IMG/VR virus record: IMGVR_UViG_3300025607_000091
Span: 1-50,144 of that record
Source: a virus
Taxonomy: Duplodnaviria > Caudoviricetes
Length of the DNA: 50,144 nt
Direction: 5' to 3' (one strand)
This document shows, piece by piece, positions 46,395 to 50,144 of this stretch (position 1 is its first letter; each line of letters opens with the position of its first letter). The position numbers were made by a program, and so were the translations under genes. The notes below the pieces were generated by a model. It saw nothing but the letters and a program-made list of their open reading frames with translations. It was not told the origin of the DNA and searched no databases.

Positions 46395-46850
46395 ATGAAC
46401 CCAACAATAACAAGCTTAGTTCCCGTAATAATCTCAAAAGATGACCGAGGTAACAAAATACTTTCTTCAGGAATAGTTGAAATTGAAATTGTTTCAATTA
46501 CTCGTAATTTATCAAATGATAACCGAGTGTTTAGAGTCGAGGACTTTCTAACAACCCCAGGAAAAGAAACAGTAAGTCCTGAAGGAAACACGGTTTCTGC
46601 AACACCGAGCCGCCAAAAAATAAAACAAGGAGTTGTCGATAACAAGTCAATTTATCACAAAGAAATAACCAAAACCAAAGAGGAATACGAAGGTTTACTT
46701 GCTTATTTTAAAACAACTTACCCAGAAGCAACCTATAATGAAATGGTAAGCTTTGCTTTATTGAAAGACACTCAAGAAAACCCGATTTACAACACTATTG
46801 AAGGAGTTGAAACAACACCGGAACAATGGCAAATAAAACCACAAGCATAA
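46395..46850 (+). CDS. Hypothetical protein
   Basis: ORF track. Confidence 0.55.
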   Translation: MNPTITSLVPVIISKDDRGNKILSSGIVEIEIVSITRNLSNDNRVFRVEDFLTTPGKETVSPEGNTVSATPSRQKIKQGVVDNKSIYHKEITKTKEEYEGLLAYFKTTYPEATYNEMVSFALLKDTQENPIYNTIEGVETTPEQWQIKPQA

Positions 46851-47257
46851 TGAAAGGCGTTTATTATAAAGATTTATCACCACAAGAACAAGCACACGCT
46901 TATAAAGTAATGAAGGCTGAGTGTAGTTCTACACAATGGATTAATGATGTTTTTGTAATTGCATGGAGCGATTATGTAGCCGGAAAATTCAAATACGATG
47001 GAGCAACATTTGTTCAAGAAAACAAAAACGAGTTCTGGGAGGTCGCTTCTTTTATTCATGATTGGTTAAATATAATTGGTTATGTAGGAAAGCAAGTTGA
47101 CTTGTATTTCATTGATATTATGATTGCGTTAAACTATCCTTCAAATATCATTTTTGAGCGTTGCAAATGGATGCAATGGACTTGGCTAAATGTTTTAGTG
47201 CACCGAATAAAAAGAAACTTTAAAGGCGACAAGTTGCCAGAATTTTTAATACAATAA
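46850..47257 (+). CDS. Hypothetical protein with DG...HD motif
   Basis: YDGATFV...ASFIHDWL...DLYF; TAATG coupling. Confidence 0.55.
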   Translation: MKGVYYKDLSPQEQAHAYKVMKAECSSTQWINDVFVIAWSDYVAGKFKYDGATFVQENKNEFWEVASFIHDWLNIIGYVGKQVDLYFIDIMIALNYPSNIIFERCKWMQWTWLNVLVHRIKRNFKGDKLPEFLIQ

Positions 47258-47272
47258 AAGCCAAATTAACCA

Positions 47273-47956
47273 ATGGATTTTTTAAAAGATATATCAAACA
47301 GTTTTGGCACTCTTTCGCCGATTTTAACATTCTTACTCATAATCATATTAGTAATGTTTTACTTCTTAAAAGACACTATAAACGAGGCTTTAAAAAGTTT
47401 GTTATTGCGAAAAAAGAAGTCTAAAATTGAAAACTTAAAAAGCCATGACATGTTTATCACGCTTGAATCAGTACGTTCGAAAATAGACAAAGTACAGTTT
47501 ACGACTCATGATAAAATTGATACTGTAAAGACAAAGCTATTACAAGAATTGATTCATATAAAGATTGATAAAACAAAAGAGCTATTCAATGAGTTTTTAA
47601 GTAAAAAAGATGTTTGTAATTATTCAGGCCAAGAACTAAAATTTGAGGTTGATTCTTTGCTTAGAAAATTAGTAAAAGAATATAGTCAAGAAGCACACCG
47701 CGCATTTATCTGCAAGGCTATTGAAAATGATGATGCAGCCTATTTGATAAGTTCATATGAAAGATTCAGAACTGATATAATGGAAGGTTATGTTGAGCGA
47801 ATAGAAAGTATTTCAACCAATGAAGACTACAATTCAAACTATGACCGTATCAGCGCAATTTTAGAAGTCATTGCTTTAGGATTCTTTGTCATTCCTAAAG
47901 ACGCGGCAAACGCTTGTGATTTGATTAATGGAAGGTTTTTAAAATATGTAAAGTAA
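47273..47956 (+). CDS. Membrane-anchored protein, holin-like position
   Basis: N-terminal TM segment; directly upstream of the putative endolysin. Confidence 0.45.
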   Translation: MDFLKDISNSFGTLSPILTFLLIIILVMFYFLKDTINEALKSLLLRKKKSKIENLKSHDMFITLESVRSKIDKVQFTTHDKIDTVKTKLLQELIHIKIDKTKELFNEFLSKKDVCNYSGQELKFEVDSLLRKLVKEYSQEAHRAFICKAIENDDAAYLISSYERFRTDIMEGYVERIESISTNEDYNSNYDRISAILEVIALGFFVIPKDAANACDLINGRFLKYVK

Positions 47957-48363
47957 TGAAAGCATTATTACCTAGACTCGTTCACGAAACTAAACAAACA
48001 CTTGGAGAATTGAATTTTTACCAAGATGTTAACCGCGTGTTTTCCTGCAAGATCTTGGAGTTACCAGATAGAGCAAATCAAAATTCTATCAGCAGAATAC
48101 CTGCAGGAACGTACACGTGTGTTTTAAGATGGTCCCAAAAATACAAATGGCATTATCATGTTACTAATGTTCCTGGGAGAAGCTTAATTCTTATTCATTT
48201 TGGCAACTACTTTAAAGATACACGAGGTTGTTTACTAGCAGGAGTTAATTTTCATGATATTAATCACGATGGTTATAGGGATGTAACAAGCTCGAAAAAA
48301 ACAATGAAGCGTTTGTTGGCAATTGCTCCAAAAACATTTGAATTAACAATAATTGATTTGTAG
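47956..48363 (+). CDS. DUF5675-like putative endolysin
   Basis: IPAGTY, VPGRSLILIHFGN..DTRGCLLAG (His/Cys motif). Confidence 0.7.
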   Translation: MKALLPRLVHETKQTLGELNFYQDVNRVFSCKILELPDRANQNSISRIPAGTYTCVLRWSQKYKWHYHVTNVPGRSLILIHFGNYFKDTRGCLLAGVNFHDINHDGYRDVTSSKKTMKRLLAIAPKTFELTIIDL

Positions 48364-48609
48364 GTATGAGAAAAAGAGAAGAAGAATTTACGGGAGATGT
48401 GATCTCTTGGGATATAATCGAATTTTAAAGCAAAACAGTATTAAGGTTAAATAGCGAAACACCTTATTTAACTTTTAGAAGAAAAACTTAAACAGCAACT
48501 AGCCGTTGAAAAAGGTATAATTAATTTTTGGAACAAATAAGGAGCCGTTCAAACGAATATTAGTTGCTGTTAATTTTAAAGGACCATATAATTAACTTAT
48601 AAGTGAATC

Positions 48610-49248
48610 ATGAAAAACATTTCAATTAAAAACACGCTTATTTTCTGCATGGCAATTGCTTTGTTTATGACTGTTCACGAATGCAAACAACGAGAACAAC
48701 TAAACGACTCACAAAAAACCTCTTTTGCAGATACAACGAACCAATACAAGAATGATATTGGAACGCTTACGGCTACTAAAGAAGTATTGCAGTTAGAGAA
48801 AAAGGATCTTAAAGAATTGGTTTACTCGAAAGATGATACATTGAACACCTTGAGAAAAGAATTTTCAAAGGTTAAAACAGTAATTCAAATTAAAACAATA
48901 GCCAAGATTGACACCGTTTCAATTCCTTTTGATGTATTTGTGCCTTGTGACTTTGAAAGGGTAGGAAAACACACAAAAAAGTGGTTTCAATTTGATTATA
49001 CAGTCAATCAAAACGGCTTAACTTTTACAAACTTCACAATCCCAAACAAACAAACCTCAATTACTGGCTTCAAAAGAAAATGGTTGTTGGGCAAACAAAC
49101 CTATACAACCGATATAACCAATAGTAATCCATACATAAACACCGTTGAGATTCAAACTATTCAATTGGTAGTTCCTAAACGTTTTTATGATACACGATTA
49201 TTTAATATTGGGGTTGGGTTTGTTGGAGGAGCGTTGTTGATGAAGTGA
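48610..49248 (+). CDS. Spanin-like / lysis-associated membrane protein
   Basis: N-terminal hydrophobic segment, coiled coil, C-terminal GVGFVGGALL. Confidence 0.55.
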   Translation: MKNISIKNTLIFCMAIALFMTVHECKQREQLNDSQKTSFADTTNQYKNDIGTLTATKEVLQLEKKDLKELVYSKDDTLNTLRKEFSKVKTVIQIKTIAKIDTVSIPFDVFVPCDFERVGKHTKKWFQFDYTVNQNGLTFTNFTIPNKQTSITGFKRKWLLGKQTYTTDITNSNPYINTVEIQTIQLVVPKRFYDTRLFNIGVGFVGGALLMK

Positions 49249-49283
49249 TTTATAGTTATATTTACGTTAATAAACTTATAACC

Positions 49284-49508
49284 ATGTTAACGACAGAGTA
49301 TAAAATAAAAGAAGCGGAAATGTATTTGCCAAGCATAAACGAAGTTTATGGAGAGTTTACGGAAGTGCCTATTGGTAAAGAAATTCACACCCTTCCATAT
49401 GGAGGTGTTTCTGAAAAAATAGAATCTTGTAACTACGTAGCTGTTTTTAAGAAATCTAAAAGAGAAAACGAAGAGTTATATTGGAAGTTTCATTCTTTTA
49501 AATATTAA
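49284..49508 (+). CDS. Hypothetical protein (likely ATG at 49284)
   Basis: ORF track with A-rich leader. Confidence 0.45.
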   Translation: MLTTEYKIKEAEMYLPSINEVYGEFTEVPIGKEIHTLPYGGVSEKIESCNYVAVFKKSKRENEELYWKFHSFKY

Positions 49509-49603
49509 ACCTTTAATATAAATTTACTATGCAACCCTCATTCATGCGGGTTGCATAGTAAAACAAGTGTGCAACTTTCCAGTTGGAAGCATGCAATCGA
49601 GTG

Positions 49604-49633
49604 AAGTCAAGCCATTGAAGCTTGGCTTTTTTT
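49604..49633 (+). terminator. Intrinsic terminator
   Basis: AAGTCAAGC-cattgaa-GCTTGGCTT followed by a T-run. Confidence 0.6.
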
Positions 49634-49754
49634 GTGCTTTTTTTATTTGATTAGAATTCGGAAAACTACCACGAATCCCTTAAAAACATTGAAAACACTA
49701 CTATTGTTTATTTGATTGGGTTTTGATTGCGAGGCAATCTAAACTTTACTAGGG

Positions 49755-49982
49755 TTAATTTTTTGACTCTTTCGCTTCCTTTCTTGTGTGATAAATCTCA
49801 TTACTCCATAACCCCCATGAATTATTATTCGAATTTTCAGGATGACTTTTAACAGTTACGAAAACATTATCTCCAGATATTTTTTCATGATGGATTTTTT
49901 CGAGTTTCAGTTTCTCGATTTTAGAGCCGAATTTTGTAAAATACGTTTCATCTTCAATAAGAGTTATGTTATATTCTTTCAT
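49755..49982 (-). CDS. Hypothetical protein (likely start 49982, MKEYNITLIEDE...)
   Basis: 3' part of the track ORF; the upstream extension looks intergenic. Confidence 0.45.
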   Translation of the reverse strand: MKEYNITLIEDETYFTKFGSKIEKLKLEKIHHEKISGDNVFVTVKSHPENSNNNSWGLWSNEIYHTRKEAKESKN

Positions 49983-50144
49983 AGTAATTGTATAAACGTG
50001 ATTATTTCGTGAAGATAAGTTTTTTTTTGCACCATATTCCCGACGTCGGCAAAACGATACAAACCATTTTGTTAACGTCAACAAATTGGTTATGTATGTA
50101 AATCCTCTTTTTCTATACACGTTATCTAACTCAAGTATAAACAT

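Larger units (their letters stand above)
1..50144. mobile_element. Temperate siphovirus-like prophage, near complete; att sites not identified
   Basis: Integrase-repressor-replication-packaging-head-tail-lysis order across the window; long tape measure and no sheath gene recognised. Confidence 0.92.

Noticed and set aside
2142-47059. Opposite-strand or nested ORFs in the track (e.g. 2142-2501, 7649-7930, 11097-11549, 15246-15443, 20219-20407, 26600-26851, 30428-30862, 37378-37953, 38632-39060)
   Set aside because: They overlap better-supported genes and look like shadow frames without motifs.
1-50144. tRNA/rRNA genes and attL/attR core repeats
   Set aside because: None recognised; the window starts at the integrase ATG, so that att site probably lies outside it.

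Overview
AT-rich, apparently near-complete temperate siphovirus-type prophage. The host is probably a Bacteroidota (Flavobacteriaceae-like), inferred from TAnnTTTG -7 promoter boxes, A-rich leaders without Shine-Dalgarno motifs and the protein families present. Gene order: tyrosine integrase; accessory membrane/lipoprotein genes; XRE repressor with operator palindromes; recombination/replication genes (RecT-like, YqaJ-like, SSB-like, NinG, initiator); accessory early genes; TerS...TerL, portal, head, tail, tape measure, tail tip; lysis. Four things stand out. (1) A diversity-generating retroelement (DGR): one 71-bp template repeat (15515-15585) and two variable repeats (14923-14993, 15339-15409) in two tandem small non-tail genes. 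Every mismatch falls at a template adenine, there is no recognisable avd, and the reverse transcriptase has an in-frame TAG just before its YADD motif. (2) An integron/shufflon-like array (about 19985-22270) of five modules bounded by GTT...AAY inverted repeats, separated by linkers with their own inverted repeats. All four upstream ORFs read the GTT in frame as Val, so module exchange would make in-frame fusions. (3) Three copies of a 19-bp palindrome ATTTAGAAnnnTTCTAAAT in front of late genes, possibly a host Fur-type box. (4) Many early proteins end in Ala (-SA/-AA), like an ssrA degron. All product calls come from motif recognition by eye; no database search was run.
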